Position numbers and translations under genes: made by a program
Part shown: positions 31,461 through 43,202 of the stretch, in pieces
How the letters are laid out: each line of letters starts with the position of its first letter
How positions within the stretch are numbered: the first letter of the stretch is position 1
The notes under the pieces: model-generated
Databases searched by the model: none
Told to the model about the DNA's origin: nothing
The model's input: only the letters and a program-made list of their open reading frames with translations
Source: Diplonema japonicum
Taxonomy: Eukaryota; Protista; Euglenozoa: Diplonemea
Direction of reading: 5' to 3'
NCBI GenBank assembly: GCA_964019335.1
Contig: OZ025659.1
Coordinates: 1 to 64,000, forward strand
DNA length: 64,000 nt

Positions 31461-34400
31461 CTACTGCTGAATACCCAACATTGCGGCGATCAGTCTGTGA
31501 TTTTTTCTTCTTTTTTTTTTTTTAAACTGCATACCCCCCTGCGCCATTGGCTCTGAATGACCGAAGTTGAAGCATAATAGAACCTTTTTTTTTTTTTTTT
31601 TTGTTCCTCCTCCGTCGCACTTTCCCATTCATACCAGATATGAACTCGATTAACAGCTTCTTAGGCTCATCGTCTACATCAACGTCCATCGGCTCTGCCC
31701 TGTCATCGTTGGCCTCGCTGCATAGCTTGATCTCGGGGTGGTGCGCTACCAGGGCTCTCCAGAACTTTTTTTGTTTCTTTCATCCTCCCCTTTCTTCATA
31801 CCTCTTGAGGAACCTCCATCTCAGGAAGGTGGGCCTCAGCAAGCAAATCTCCTCCTGACTTCTTACTCTGATGAGCACAGTACTTGCATAAGTCATAGTC
31901 ACACACCCTGCACCCCATGAACAGGGTCGGCTCGCCAGACTTCTTGCAGTTGTCGCAACTGAAACTTGGCTGCAAGGCACGCTGTTGTTGCAGGACATGG
32001 CCGCCAGGGCACATCAGTGCGTCGTTTGTTTTTGCAGGAGGGTCCTCAAGGGCGACTTGTCTGACCACGTGCTTGGTGCTTGTGAGGCACCCCTTCCCCA
32101 CACATGACGAGCAGTAGTAGTGGTTCAGACACACCTCACACCCGTACAGCTCTTCATCCTTCCCCGCGACCTTGCCGCACCTATCGCACCACGCGTAGCC
32201 CTTCCACAGAGCCACCTCGTGCGACCTCATCAGCCGTTCCCGCCTGTCGTCCCTGTTCTCCGGATCGCACTCCACGCTCTGCGCAATGTTCTGCGGGTTC
32301 ACATGCCTGTGGTCAATGGAAGGGATCAAACACAACCAGCAGAACTCGTACGAGCACTGCCTGCACTTCATGTACCTGCACCTGTCATCTCCTGCATCGT
32401 CCTCTCTTAGGATCCACGCCGGGCACTTCGCGCACATTACGACATTCGAAGGCAGCGCGGGGGCGGGGGCGTCGTCGGGCTGTTTCTCCATCTTCCTCCT
32501 TGCCTTCACGTACTGGTCGCAGGTGCTGAAGTAGTGCGGTACGCCGTTGCACTGTGGGTTCCTCTGCCCGCAGAACATTTCGCCGCAGTGCGTGCAGCAC
32601 ACGGGCTCTGTGATGCCACTGCCGATGACCCACTTGTTGCACGACGGGCAGTTCCTGACGCGGTCCTGCGTGTGAATGTAAGCAGCGATCATTGTGTTGA
32701 TGTTGTCCAGAGTCGAGGGAAGGGGTGTCTCGGTGTGCTGCAGTATGCTGCAGTACTCGTTGGGTGTGATGGTGTAGCCACAAGAGGTAACGGGGCACCT
32801 GCACGGGGACTTCGTGGTACACCCTTCCTCAGCGTCCATTGCATGCCTCGACTTCAAAAATCTAGCTACACACCCAGGGTGCACACTATGCCCGCAGAGA
32901 AGGTCCACAAGCACTTTGTCCTCTTTACCTTCGCCGAAGTAGTCCATTAGGCAAGCGTTACACTCCAACTGTTGCTCTTCCTCACCCCCTTCGCCTCTGC
33001 CTAAGTACCCAACAGCTTGCTTGATCAGTACCATGGTACCTGTCAGGGTAAGCTTGTTGCCCTTCAAGACGGCTGCCTTCAACCCAGTCTCGTGCTGAAT
33101 GAGCTGCAACAGCAAATTGTTGTTTTCTGTGAGCTGCGCCACCTCCTCTGCAGTGAGGGTGTATGACTTCTCCTCCTCTAGGCCTTGCACGCCCTCATGC
33201 TTGAGGTCCTTAATGCACTTCACGGCAGTCCTAACGTTTACTTCGTCGCCCGTAACAAGCACGTAGTCGTTCGGCGGGACGTAGTCAAAGAAAGCTCCTG
33301 TGCTGAGGGATATCTTGTGGAAGGCATCGCGTGCTGTGCGTGTCCACCTTTCGGCACGCTCCTCCTCGTCAACGGCCATCCGTGTCTTCGACAGGAGCAT
33401 GTCGTTCTCCCACTCCGCTACCTTGCACGCCTGCGTCCACTCGTTCTCAATCACCTCCATGTGCTGCAGCAGCAGCTCCGTCACCTTATTTTTGGGCCGC
33501 TTCCTGATCTTTTCCATCAAATTATAACATTCTTCGGTGGCTTCTACACCCATCTCTCTGCACCTCTGCCTGCACCTCTCAAGTATCGTGTTCTGTGTCC
33601 TCCCATTGCCCTCCAGCCCGTTCACAACCCTGTTCAGCTCCGTGAGGAGCGTCTCGTCGACAGTTGACAGGTACGAGAGCCTCAGCACCTCTCGCGACAA
33701 TGTGATGAGAGGGTGGCTGTCTGGCTGTGCCTCAGGCTCGGAAGTATCCTTCACGATCATGCGCGTCCCTGGGCATGTGACGTCCTGCTTGAGCGCCTTG
33801 CCCTCGTTCTCCCATGTGATTGTCAGCACGTCGCACACGGGCCTCCCAGGATCAGGCTTTGAAGGGTCCAACGTGCATTTCACCCAGTCCGTAACAACGG
33901 ACACCAGGCTGGCACCACCTATCTGCACGCCTGGCTCAATTTTCTGTACCCTTGCCTTCTTAAACTGAATCATCTGCAGCGGCTTGCCTGCGACAAACTC
34001 CTGCAGCAGTCGGCCACCATTTCTCGTTTCCCGCTCTTTTACAACTCCTTGCCAGCCGTTGCCCTTTTTAATATAATCTCCCACGCGCACACCAGTGGCA
34101 GCAACACCCACATTAAGGTTTTCATCCTTCTGCAGAACATTTTCCTGCTGCAACACTTTCGTTATCTCGTCGATCAGACCATCGAGGGCCGCCCACAGCA
34201 CGGTGGCGCGCCTCTGTATCTCATCGATGCTCCGTTTGTAAATGCCGCCTGCCTTCTCATCGTATTTCTTGTTGCCGCTGTTGAAGACCGGTTGACGGAG
34301 GAGCTCTTGAACCTTAGGGGGGAGCTGCACTTTCACTTCTATTCTCATAATGTTAGCCATAACAGAACCGGTGATCTCCTTCAGGCGGTTGTGCTGCACC

Positions 34401-35863
34401 ATCTTCGCAATGTGCTTGCACAGGGAGCTGATGGTCTCTTTCGCCGCATAGATGGCCTCAGGGCTACCGACGACACGGATCTTACCCCCGCCCTCGACTA
34501 TGAACTTGCTGCATCCAAGCTTCTCCTGGAGCTTGGGGCTGTTGTCGTCGAATAGCTTTCCATAGGTGGGAGGAATCCTCATGATACATTCTTTTACGTG
34601 TTTGTGTTTGTTGATGAGCGCTACTGCTGCGGCACGCTTTTCCTGTGGACCCACCATGCCGACATCGATGGTCCCGTCATCTAGCTGGCTCCTGAAGAAG
34701 AACGAGCACTGTGTTTCGTTGAAGACTCGATCCTTCAATGCGGCAAGGCCTTCGGCTTGCTTAAACACGTGCTGGTCGCAGGTCACGTTGTGCACCATCC
34801 TGCCGCTGAACCACCCCGATGCGAGCACCGACGCCACACCACATGCTATGAACACATGCCGACCACCGTCCGCCTTGTGGAAGATCCTAGTGTCCTGGTA
34901 CAGCGCCTCGAAGCATTGGATGAAGCTCTGCACGTTGTCGATGTCGCCGTACCTCACGAAGCCTTTCACCTTCGCGGCGGTGTTTTTGATGGCCATGAGA
35001 AGAGCGGGATCTGAAGAGCTGATGTTTGTCTCCGACTGGATGACGGTGGTGAGATGGGGGGTGTCCGTGGACTCGGACGCAATGAGCGCGAGTACCGCAG
35101 GCGGGGCCTGCCACACGTCGCCGTTGGTGAAAGAAAGTTTGTAAATGTGCTTTGCAGCTGACTGAAGCTGCTTTTCAAGGCTAGAAGAGGTGGTCGTGGG
35201 TGTCTGAGGAAACTTCGGCGGCAACGAGCAAGCCTCGTCGGCGGAGCAGATGGAGAGAATATCGGCAGTGTGTGCGGTCAGCCGTGCCTCGGACCCACCA
35301 CCGCTTTGAGTAATCATCGCATCACGGTCCCTCTTCATGATATTCTTAACAAGCTCAGTGTGAAGCTTGACGGACACTGGCTGGGACGGCGCAGAGGCGA
35401 GCTTGGATGGAGAGGTCGAGAGGCAATTTGTAGACTTGAAATCGATGGAGTGGGACACGACAGGTGCTGGAGTGGCGGGTGGCTGCGCACGGAGCTCCAC
35501 TCCGTATCCTATGGATTCACAATGGACACCTATCCAAGAAAATGTTTCTGGAAACGCCAGGCATTCCCGAGGGAGCGTCAATGCCACGGTGTACGCATCC
35601 CCGTCCTCTGCATCATCGTTCATAGATTGGATCATGCCGTCTTGCGCTGACATTTGAAAAAAGGTGTTTGCTGCAGCTTCTACGTCCCCGTCGTTCCTGG
35701 ACAGAAGCTTTTTCACTGCATTGTCGGTCAGCTCGCCGCCGCTCACATCCTTCAAGAGAGCGATCCTTGGGTCACCGTCGCTGATCGTTTGCCCCCGTCT
35801 TTCCCTCCTTTGACTCGTTGCCCCTCCTTGCCAAAAGGCATGCATTGGTAACCGTGTGTTCAT
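31461..35863 (-). CDS. RBR (RING-IBR-RING) E3 ubiquitin ligase with N-terminal UBA/CUE-like region, KH-like segments and C-terminal ZZ-like fingers; introns 31765-31801, 31584-31634, 31495-31534
   Basis: RING1 CNAC...CGHSVHPGC...CPVTSC; IBR CPSC...CTHCGEMFC...H...C; RING2 CAKC...CRYMKCRQCSYEFCWLC. The spliced 3' exons read open to TAG 31461 (3' exon model less certain). Confidence 0.85.
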
Positions 35864-36963
35864 TACCCTGGTTTTTTGTGTTTCTTTTTTTGCTTACTTC
35901 GTTTTCCCCTTCCTGTTGTATTTTATTTTTTGAGATGCAAAAAAAAGGGGGGGAAGGACCACTTTCTTTTTTGTTTTCTGGGTGTAAAGAAGAAAAAAAG
36001 AGAGAGAGAACGGGAAGAGGGGGGGGAAAAAACGGAGTAAAAAAGAAAAGAAAAAGAAAAAAAACGTTATGGGTTCCCCCTCCCCCCCTTTTTTTTCCTC
36101 CTCCTCCCTGCTCCCTGCTCCCTCCCTCTTCCTAATCTCCCTTTTCAATCGAAAAGGCGTTTTTAACCCTCTAGTAACGAGCATATACCCGCCCGAACTC
36201 ATCATTTAGGTTGGGAAAAAAAAAGAAATTTGTTTCTTTGGCGGAAGTTTAAAAATGCAAATGCCATGACGACGAAGACTGACGCCTTTCGAGTTCAGAC
36301 TCATCCGGTGAGGAAATGTCCAAGATGGGGGGGGGGGGGGGGGGGGTAAAAACAGCCGTTTCTAAAGGGTTACAAAAAAAATAATTCCCACTTTTTTGTG
36401 TTCTTTTTTTTCTTCATCTCAGCAACTATGGTGAGAATATATAAAATAAAATAAAAATAGAGTAGAATGACAATTAAAACAGAGTGTTTCTTTCCTTTTT
36501 TTTATGTTTCCCAACGGGTCATTCTCTTGCTGCTTCTTTTTTTGTTTCCCCGATTAGGAGCACCCGAAAGAAGAAGAAAAAACCGGATAACAAAAAAAAC
36601 ATTGATATTCTCTCTACCCCCCCCCCCCCCCCCCCCCACTTTCATCCACACAAGAGAAAAAGGACCTTCAAAAAAAAAGAAAAACAAAAAACGGGTGAAA
36701 CCACCCTTTCTTTATATTCTTTTTTTTCTTTTTTTTTCCATCTTGTTTTCTTCCCGTTGGTCTTTTTTTTTTTTTTTTTTTTTTTTTTTTCTTGTTTTGT
36801 TTCGCTACGTGTAAAAAAAAGGGGGGGAAACAAAAAAAACTATTCTCGAATAGTTTTATAGTAGGGGGTCACACTTAGAAAAAAAGAAAAAAAAACCCCT
36901 CCTTATGTGTAATATCATTTTTTTTCTTCTTTCCCCTCTCTCTCTCACTTCCCCACCCTTTCA

Positions 36964-39900
36964 TCACCCGTGGTGAGTAAGAGCAGTGTCGATGCCTTCA
37001 CAAAGATGCCCGCAATTCTTCCCAGCATCACCGAAGTACATTAACGTGTTGTCGTTGAAGAACACTGGGTTGTCCACACCAGCATAGCCCGAGGCCATGC
37101 CACGCTTCATAATGATAACCTGATGTGCCTTCCAGACATGGCACACAGGCATTCCTGCAATGGAGCAGTTCGGGTCATCGATGGCTGCACTGTTGATGGT
37201 GTCGTTGGCACCTATAACAAGAGCAACGTCGGAGCTGCTGAAGTCGTCGTTGATTTCGTCCATTTCCTCTACTATGTCGTAGGGAACACCTGCGTCGGCA
37301 AGGAGGACGTTCAGCTGCCCGGGCATTCTCCCTGCAACGGGGTGGATGCAGAACCTTACCTTCTTCCCCTCTTCCCGCAGCATTTTCACCATCTTCGCCA
37401 CGTCGAACTGTGCCTTCGCTACCGCCATTCCATACCCCACCACAATGATGATGTTGTTTGCCGCCATCAGCTTCCCCACGACCCCTTCCGTGTCCACAGT
37501 CGTCACCGTTCCGGTGTACTTCTTTGCGTTCCCTATCTGCGGGGTGGAGTACCCCCCGAAGAGGACGTTCGCTAGCGATCTGTTCATCGCCTTGCACATG
37601 ATATACGACAGGACAGCACCACTGCTTCCCACAAGCCCGCCGACAATGATGAGCAGGTTGTTTTGCAACAAGATACCATCCGCCGCCATCGCCCACCCGG
37701 AGTAGCTGTTCAACACCGTTACTGCAACCGGCATGTCTGCGCCGCCAATCCCCGCCGTGATGGTGTACCCCAGAACAGATGAAACCGCCGCATTGGCGAT
37801 GAGGTATTTCACAAAGTGCACGTGGTGCGGTGCTATGAGGAATGGCACCATCCCTCCGGCAAGGGCCAACCCGAGCGCCCCGTTCAGCAGCCCCAGACCA
37901 GGGAAGCTTAAAGGTTTGCCGGAGAACTTGAACCCGCAGATTTCTCCTTGAAGCTTGGTGAACGCAACCAACGAGCCTGTCATTGTAAGCCCACCCAGAG
38001 CAGTGCCGAGGTAAATGGCCACCTTGTGGATGACGGCTGTCGGGTCGTGGTTGTAGTGCCCCACGCCGTTCAAGAAGGACGCGATTGAGATGGTAGTCGC
38101 CGCCACCCCGACAAAGGAGTGAAACAGTGCCACCATCTGCGGCAGCTCCGTGAGCTCGATCATGCTAGATCCGAGCATCCCCACCACACCACCGCCCAGC
38201 ATCGTTCCCACCATCACTTTGTACATCTCAGGCCCAATGCCACTGAAGCCCATTAGTGTCGTCACGCATCCGATGGTGACCCCCGCTAGCCCGAAGGTGA
38301 ACCCCTGGCGGGCATTCTCCTGGTTAGACAGCCCGTTGATGGACAGAATGCAGTACGCCGATGCAGCAAGGTAACCCACGACCTGAGCCCCGCCATACCC
38401 AGCTGCCTGCCCTGCGCACACAGCACCTAAGAAGGCGCCCGCAGGAAGGAGCAGGATCCAGTTGTACTCCTCAGGGTCGTCAGGCCGTCTGAACATGTCG
38501 AGCATCTTCCTTGTGATGTTGAACCCGCCGGCAATGTTGATCGACGCCAGTGCGACAGCTGTGGTAGCGAGGGAGAGCACGGGGGTGGAGATATGCAGCA
38601 GCGTCGTGCCCTTGTGGCCCAGTTCGACAAGACCCCCAATTACAACAAGGCCGGAAATGGCGTTGGTGACAGCCATAAGGGGGGAGTGCAGCGCAGGTGC
38701 CACCCCCCACACTGTCTGGTACCCAACCATCACCGACAGCGACAGGGTAGTAAGCTGGCCGATGAACTGGGGTGGTGCTGCCAGCCCGCTGCCCAGCAAC
38801 AACCCCAGCCCTACCGTCATGCCTGACGCTAGTTTTAAGGTCGTCATCAACTTCCCTTCTTCTTCAGGGACAGCAATCGCGGCTGGTGCGTCGTGGTGCT
38901 TGAGGGCTTCCTCTTTTTTCTTCGCCTCCGCCTCTTCTTCCCATCTGGTAGCATCTGGCTTAACACCATTGAGCAGCAACAGTGCACCCCTGGTGACCTC
39001 GTCTTCCAGGTCCACGACGAATGAATCCTTGTCCTCGGGCGTCGTGATGCTGAGCAGGAACTTCGTAATGTTGTTGCTATACAGCGTCGAAGACTGTGAT
39101 GGTGTGTGTTGCGATGTGCTTAATGATACCTGTGTAGGCAGTCTGCTGGGCAGGTCCTGCCACCCAATGTGTGTAACCCCATCCACAACTGTCAGTTCGT
39201 TCGTTGTTGTCGTCTCGATGTTGCCTCCCTTCCAGCTAGGTACAACGGCTGTGGGGTGTGTGGGTGAACATGTATGCATACGTTGCGGCACGCCGTTGGC
39301 TGCAAGATCCACCACAACGGAGCCTTTCTTCATCCCTGCGATGGCCTCCTTGGGAAAGATCATCGGCGGAGGCCTTCCTGGGATGAGAGCGGTGGAGACG
39401 ATGATGTCCACTTCCCGGCATTGCTGGAAGCACATTTTTCGCTGAGCTTCAAGGAACTCGTCTGATTGGGTCGCAGCGTAGCCGCCTTTTCCCTCCGCGG
39501 CCTTCATTTCAACGGTAAGGGGCTCGCCTCCTAGTGATCGAATCTGTTCTTGTGCTGCAGGGCGGACGTCAAAAGCGCGGACGACAGCACCCATGGACTT
39601 CGCAGTCCCGATTGCAGCGAGACCCGCAACACCCGCACCCATGACAAGCACCTTCGCAGGCGGGACTTTCCCAGCAGCAGTGATTTGCCCTTGCAGAAAA
39701 CGGGGAAAGTGGCTAGCAGCCTCAATAACTGCCTTGTATCCAGCGATGTTGGCCATGGAGCTGAGCGCGTCGTAGACCTGTGCTCGGGATATTCTGGGGA
39801 TTTTCTCCATGGCGAAGACGGTGAGCTTTCGCGCTTCGAGTGCCTCCTGCAAGCCGGGGTTGAAGGTAGGCTTCACAAAAGATATGAGGATGGCACCTTC

Positions 39901-40452
39901 TTTGAGTTTGGGGATTTCATCTTTCGAAGGCGCTTCCAGACGGAGAATGATGTCGCATTGGTTGACATCAGACTGCACAGTGCACCCTGCGTCACCGTAC
40001 GCGGCGTCTGAGAAGTTGGAGCCTTCACCCGCCCCGGATTCTATAAAGATTTTGAAGCCGCGTTTGATGAGTTGTGCCGCAGAAATTGGGGTGAGCGCGA
40101 CACGTTTTTCACCCCCGGTGCCACACTCCTTTGGAACTCCGAGGGTCAAGGTGTCATAGGGCAAGGTGTGGCATCCCTCCTTGACGGGTACAATCCCTTC
40201 TCGTTGGATTTGCGCTGGTGCGGGGGGCTGTGCCAGATTAACTTTGACCTCCACCACCTCTTGCTTTCCCTTGTTCCTAGCACAGCAACAGCACACGTCT
40301 GCAATCGCTCGCCATAAACCTCCTTCACCACCCCCACCACCTCCCTCGACCCATTTTCCCTCCGGCGTCCACCTTCCCTCCGCACCCCCGGTCCCTTTCT
40401 TCTCAATATTATCCATTTCCACCTCCTTTGCTTCTTTAGACCCGTTCGACAT
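36964..40452 (-). CDS. NNT: Proton-translocating NAD(P) transhydrogenase (fused dI-dII-dIII); in-frame introns 39249-39281 and 39094-39129
   Basis: [66 protein letters not shown]. Removing the 36-nt intron restores [13 protein letters not shown]. Confidence 0.96.
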   Translation of the reverse strand: MSNGSKEAKEVEMDNIEKKGTGGAEGRWTPEGKWVEGGGGGGEGGLWRAIADVCCCCARNKGKQEVVEVKVNLAQPPAPAQIQREGIVPVKEGCHTLPYDTLTLGVPKECGTGGEKRVALTPISAAQLIKRGFKIFIESGAGEGSNFSDAAYGDAGCTVQSDVNQCDIILRLEAPSKDEIPKLKEGAILISFVKPTFNPGLQEALEARKLTVFAMEKIPRISRAQVYDALSSMANIAGYKAVIEAASHFPRFLQGQITAAGKVPPAKVLVMGAGVAGLAAIGTAKSMGAVVRAFDVRPAAQEQIRSLGGEPLTVEMKAAEGKGGYAATQSDEFLEAQRKMCFQQCREVDIIVSTALIPGRPPPMIFPKEAIAGMKKGSVVVDLAANGVPQRMHTCSPTHPTAVVPSWKGGNIETTTTNELTVVDGVTHIGWQDLPSRLPTQVSLSTSQHTPSQSSTLYSNNITKFLLSITTPEDKDSFVVDLEDEVTRGALLLLNGVKPDATRWEEEAEAKKKEEALKHHDAPAAIAVPEEEGKLMTTLKLASGMTVGLGLLLGSGLAAPPQFIGQLTTLSLSVMVGYQTVWGVAPALHSPLMAVTNAISGLVVIGGLVELGHKGTTLLHISTPVLSLATTAVALASINIAGGFNITRKMLDMFRRPDDPEEYNWILLLPAGAFLGAVCAGQAAGYGGAQVVGYLAASAYCILSINGLSNQENARQGFTFGLAGVTIGCVTTLMGFSGIGPEMYKVMVGTMLGGGVVGMLGSSMIELTELPQMVALFHSFVGVAATTISIASFLNGVGHYNHDPTAVIHKVAIYLGTALGGLTMTGSLVAFTKLQGEICGFKFSGKPLSFPGLGLLNGALGLALAGGMVPFLIAPHHVHFVKYLIANAAVSSVLGYTITAGIGGADMPVAVTVLNSYSGWAMAADGILLQNNLLIIVGGLVGSSGAVLSYIMCKAMNRSLANVLFGGYSTPQIGNAKKYTGTVTTVDTEGVVGKLMAANNIIIVVGYGMAVAKAQFDVAKMVKMLREEGKKVRFCIHPVAGRMPGQLNVLLADAGVPYDIVEEMDEINDDFSSSDVALVIGANDTINSAAIDDPNCSIAGMPVCHVWKAHQVIIMKRGMASGYAGVDNPVFFNDNTLMYFGDAGKNCGHLCEGIDTALTHHG

Positions 40453-40764
40453 CCCTTAAGGGGTCGGGTCTTGTGTAAAAACCTGGAGGAAGACACTTCT
40501 TTTTTTTCCATTTGAGATCACAGAACAAAGGGATTTCTTGGTTGTAATGACAAAACGAGGGAAAGGGGCAAAAGGGTGGGGAAGCAGGGGAAAATATGAG
40601 AACAGAATCTTTCTTCTTCTTTTTTTTGAAGATAAAATAAGGGGAAGGGGGGGGATAAATAACAGGAGAAAGAAAAAAAAAACATAGGGGTCTTATTTAA
40701 AAAGATAATGAGAAGGGTGGTAAATATGGAGAATCTAAGAATAAAAAAAAATCAACAACAAAAT

Positions 40765-43095
40765 CTACTTCGTGGTTTCGCCCCTAAGAAGCTGCATAGA
40801 ATTAGCGATCCTGGTGATGTACTGAGGAGTAACATTAATGTGTGGGGTGTAGGTACATTCGAGGGTGTCACGAATCTCCCGCTCTTGTTTTTTCCGTGTA
40901 CGCTTTTCGTCCTGTCGCTTCTGGCTCTCTGCGACGGATTGGATGTATCCACCTAAGTTGCCTGGACCATAGTTCTCACCGGCGATGGCGTCTTTACTGG
41001 TTTTGATGGCATCTTCTGAGACAGTGATCTTCCTTGTTACCCTTAGCAGCCCACTAGGGTCACCATGGCCAATGCCCACCATCCACGCTTGCCCAGCCTG
41101 CCCTAGCACCTTTGCGAGGTGCTCCTTTCCTTCCGAGTAAACTTTGACAACTTCCCTTGTTTTTATACACGTCTGCAGGTATTGTTGGCGTAACGCTGGC
41201 TTAAACCTGTGCCCTGTGTCGGGCTGGACTATAACGTTGGCCCTTGTGGCTGGGAAGGTCTGGGCCTTCGACGTTCCGTTCAGCAGGACAACAGCCTTGT
41301 TGCCTTCGATCTTCTGCAAGGTTCCCTTTTCCCACGCTTGCCAATCTTCGCGGCGTGCCATCACCTTGTCGCCGACTTGTGCGTCGCTTTTCCCTGGTGT
41401 GGCCTTTTCACCTTGTTCCGTCTTTGTGCCCTCTGTTCTTTTGAACTCCATCTTCACCATGGTTTCCCATGGTATGCACCCGTCCTTCGCGCCCATGTAG
41501 TTCCCCTTTTCTACTGTCAGTGCGTCCCGCAGTTTCGTGCTTCGTACCTTCATTTCCATCAAACCGGTTTTCGCATCGAGCATTTCCCGCACCCAGCCTT
41601 GTAGCACCTCGCCCTTCTCTTTCTCTTGCTTCCCGCTCATGGTTCGTTGCAGGAATTTCTCAACGGTTTTTGTGAGGAAGGCCTTCTTTAACCGCTCGTC
41701 GGTCGGGTTTATTTTAATGTCGCCCTCGCGCTCTTCTGTGCTCGAATGCAGCCTGATGCTGTTCAGTTCCGACCTCAATTCGCTTAGTGTGGAGGGTCGT
41801 TCCTTGTTTTGTGTTAGAACAGCGACTTTGCGCCAAAGTGAATCGCATTCCTCTTGAAGCTTGGAGATGTCGTTGCGGAGCTCCCAGCATTCAAGAGAGA
41901 GCTTCTTCAGCCTTGCCTCTTTTTGGTCAGCCCCGGGTCGCGTCGTGCTTGTCATCGATGGCTTTCGCAGTTTCCTGGATCTCGGTTGTATTCTAGGGTG
42001 CAGCTTCGGAGCGGTGTCCGCCTCTATGAATGCAAGGTTCGCACGCTTTCTCTCCTCGAACGCGTTTTGCCGGAGCAAAAAGGTATCAAAATCTATTTTA
42101 GTGTACCCAGAGCTCTCATCGTCCTCCTGTTCATCGCTCTGGTCCTCGTCGGAGTCAATGTAGTTGCTGTCAACAACAAGGCAGGAGTTATGTTTCAGCC
42201 TCTCGTTCAGAAGAACTTCTATCTCATGAAGCTCGCGTTCAGTCGCTTCGATCTCGTCCAGCGACAGGTTTAAGTTCACCTGCGTTTTGCTTCCTTTCGG
42301 GTGCCTTGAGGGGCTGAACGTGGTGTACAATATAGGCGCGCTGTTTGCGGGCTTCGGTTCCTCTTTTTTCTTCCTCGCAGCGTAAAGTCTCTCAAATGGG
42401 TCTGAAGTTGTGTTTACGGACAGTGCCGACCGATCACGTGGAGCAGAGGCGTAGACATCGTCCATGTACTTGCTTTGAACAGAAACAGGGGGGCGGTTGA
42501 CCCTTGGTTTGAACGTGCACCCGTCCGTCTCGTTTTCTTTCGCAGCTCTGCGCTGCTGCTGGAGACGTTCCTCTTTGACAGCGGCGGCGGCATGGAGTCG
42601 GTCTTCAACCTTGCCATGCACCACACGTCCCATGGTCGTGTAGGGAAGGTCGTTGATGGAGGGCTTCCAGGTACAATCCTCAAGGTCACGTTCCTCGTTG
42701 GCATGCTTCTTTTTATCGCGAAGAACTGATCGTCTCTGTCGCCATCCTACAGACCTGCTGTAGAAGTCCTCCGTCTCAGCCGACTCATCAGGTTGCTGAT
42801 GGGCTTCCTCCTCGACTTCAGGTGCCACACCCCATGCCCGTAGCGACCCTCCTGATGAAGCACACGACACCTCCTTCACAGGTGATACTGATATGTCGCC
42901 GTTCCCGCCGCGTGGCTTAATAGGACTCTCGTTCGGCATCGATGTGCCGTCTTCGTCGAGCTCGTTGTCGTCGTCCGCGTTCTGCACGAAATAATTATTC
43001 ACTATCGCTTCGACATCAGCCAGGTAGTTCCCCGTGTTGCCTTCCATTGCAAGTCCTTTGAACGCGTCGACGAGCTGCTCCATTTGTCCGCTCAT
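40765..43095 (-). CDS. Hypothetical coiled-coil protein with repeated CT[FWY].P.IN motifs and a Tudor-like segment
   Basis: 776-aa ORF; CTWKPSIN, CTFKPRVN, CTYTPHIN. Confidence 0.8.
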   Translation of the reverse strand: MSGQMEQLVDAFKGLAMEGNTGNYLADVEAIVNNYFVQNADDDNELDEDGTSMPNESPIKPRGGNGDISVSPVKEVSCASSGGSLRAWGVAPEVEEEAHQQPDESAETEDFYSRSVGWRQRRSVLRDKKKHANEERDLEDCTWKPSINDLPYTTMGRVVHGKVEDRLHAAAAVKEERLQQQRRAAKENETDGCTFKPRVNRPPVSVQSKYMDDVYASAPRDRSALSVNTTSDPFERLYAARKKKEEPKPANSAPILYTTFSPSRHPKGSKTQVNLNLSLDEIEATERELHEIEVLLNERLKHNSCLVVDSNYIDSDEDQSDEQEDDESSGYTKIDFDTFLLRQNAFEERKRANLAFIEADTAPKLHPRIQPRSRKLRKPSMTSTTRPGADQKEARLKKLSLECWELRNDISKLQEECDSLWRKVAVLTQNKERPSTLSELRSELNSIRLHSSTEEREGDIKINPTDERLKKAFLTKTVEKFLQRTMSGKQEKEKGEVLQGWVREMLDAKTGLMEMKVRSTKLRDALTVEKGNYMGAKDGCIPWETMVKMEFKRTEGTKTEQGEKATPGKSDAQVGDKVMARREDWQAWEKGTLQKIEGNKAVVLLNGTSKAQTFPATRANVIVQPDTGHRFKPALRQQYLQTCIKTREVVKVYSEGKEHLAKVLGQAGQAWMVGIGHGDPSGLLRVTRKITVSEDAIKTSKDAIAGENYGPGNLGGYIQSVAESQKRQDEKRTRKKQEREIRDTLECTYTPHINVTPQYITRIANSMQLLRGETTK

Positions 43096-43202
43096 ATCCC
43101 CTGCCCCACGCAGGGGCTGCTGTGATGGATGAAAAGACTAAAAAGAAAGAAAGCACTGTTTGAATTAAGCAATAACGTATGTATTCTATGTCTATGTTAT
43201 GT

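Noticed and set aside
36270-36320. Hammerhead-like GATGAG...CTCGAAA on the minus strand
   Set aside because: The core reads CGGAUGA rather than CUGAUGA, and stems I and III are not evident.
39094-39281. Novel peptide insertions in NNT
   Set aside because: They are in-frame GT-AG introns of 36 and 33 nt; removing the first restores the conserved motif.
40470-40500. Additional family 1 copy upstream of NNT
   Set aside because: Only CTCCAGGTTTT matches; it is better explained as a pyrimidine-AG trans-splice acceptor near the ATG.
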